In this document: positions 61,727 through 62,370 of the stretch, one piece after another
How the letters are laid out: each line of letters opens with the position of its first letter
Numbering within the stretch: position 1 is the stretch's first letter
Assembly: GCA_030621515.1 (NCBI GenBank)
Contig: JAUXHN010000001.1
Span: forward strand, 1-62,370
Direction of reading: 5' to 3'
Length of the DNA: 62,370 nt
DNA from: Deltaproteobacteria bacterium
Lineage (GTDB): Bacteria; Myxococcota_A; Polyangia; JAAYKL01
The notes under the pieces: generated by a model
Seen by the model: the letters and a program-made list of their open reading frames with translations, nothing else
Databases searched by the model: none
What the model was told of the DNA's origin: nothing
Position numbers and translations under genes: made by a program

Positions 61727-62370
61727 ATGATGCGCTTTCAGGATTCCAGCCAGCCGGCGGAGGCAGCCCGCGTTCTCGTTGTCGACGACGAGAAAGTAAT
61801 CAGGGAAATACTGGCGGATTTTCTTTCTCTCGAGGGTTTTCAGGTGTCCACAGCACCGGACGGAATAGCCGCCCTCGAGCGGCTGTACGAAAAACCATTC
61901 AACATGGTCATCTCCGACCTCAAGATGCCGAACATGGGCGGCCTGGAACTGCTCGGTAGAATTCAGGCGGAACACAAGAACGTGCTCACGGTTATAATGA
62001 CCGGGTTCGGCACGGTGGAAACCGCGATCGAAGCGATGAAAAAAGGCGCATACGACTATATTCTCAAGCCGTTCAAGGTTGAAGAGGTCATCCACATCGT
62101 TCAGCGTGGGCTCGAAAAACAGCAGCTGCAACAGGAGAATATTCAGCTACGTGAAGCCCTGTCGATTTACACAATGTCCGAAGTGCTGACCAAGACGCTC
62201 TTGCTGGATCACGTCCTGGAGATCATTGTCAGTACAACCTTGAAAGAATCCCGAGCGGACGTCGCGGCTTTACTGCTGATGGAGGACAAAGACTCTGGGT
62301 TTGAAGTCAAGCTCAGGCGCAGCAATGCCGAAGCAGAAGAAGACCAAGAAACCGAAGATTTAAACCTGGT
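61727..62370 (+). CDS. Response regulator (REC domain followed by GAF-like region), 3' end cut by window edge
   Basis: Not in the ORF track (no stop). Manual translation from ATG 61727: 'RVLVVDDEKVIREIL...MVISDLKMPNMGGLELL...VIMTGFGTVETAIEAMKKGAYDYILKPF'. Frame is open to 62370. Confidence 0.85.
   Translation, partial: MMRFQDSSQPAEAARVLVVDDEKVIREILADFLSLEGFQVSTAPDGIAALERLYEKPFNMVISDLKMPNMGGLELLGRIQAEHKNVLTVIMTGFGTVETAIEAMKKGAYDYILKPFKVEEVIHIVQRGLEKQQLQQENIQLREALSIYTMSEVLTKTLLLDHVLEIIVSTTLKESRADVAALLLMEDKDSGFEVKLRRSNAEAEEDQETEDLNL

Overview
62.4-kb chromosomal segment, fairly GC-rich by eye (not computed). Gene content suggests a Myxococcota / deltaproteobacteria-like organism: Asp-Thr-linker lipoproteins, FG-GAP and IgGFc-binding-like surface proteins, a myxobacterial-type PilZ protein, a Cys-Gly-Cys C-terminal anchor, a split atpZ-I-B-E operon and a giant TPR protein. 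All family calls come from motifs read in the translations; no database search was possible. Housekeeping blocks are gap-pgk-tpiA ... secG, trmB-lon, lepB, miaB, atpZ-atpI-atpB-atpE-PPIase, and rho-rpmE-DUF1385-prfA, plus two HIT proteins, an HDAC-family deacetylase and a response regulator. Accessory content: (1) an ECF sigma / FecR anti-sigma locus with a putative outer-membrane protein and two (Asp-Thr)n-linker lipoproteins; (2) an AT-richer ~3-kb segment bracketed by a 43-nt direct repeat, carrying a catalytically dead Ser/Thr kinase homologue; (3) a DsbA-like oxidoreductase directly downstream of, and probably co-transcribed with, a CxGxC-repeat protein; (4) a MntA/HepT toxin-antitoxin pair and a serpin inserted between tpiA and secG; (5) a DUF1573 lipoprotein whose frame is broken only by a TGA at the first Cys of the family SCGCT motif, followed by a hairpin, which makes it a candidate selenoprotein and the top finding; (6) a large S8 subtilase; (7) a four-gene minus-strand operon (HAMP-only sensor, HEAT protein, TPR lipoprotein, ~3,840-aa TPR protein with ~45 repeat modules and a non-TPR C-terminal domain). 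No rRNA, tRNA, CRISPR array, transposase or integrase was seen.
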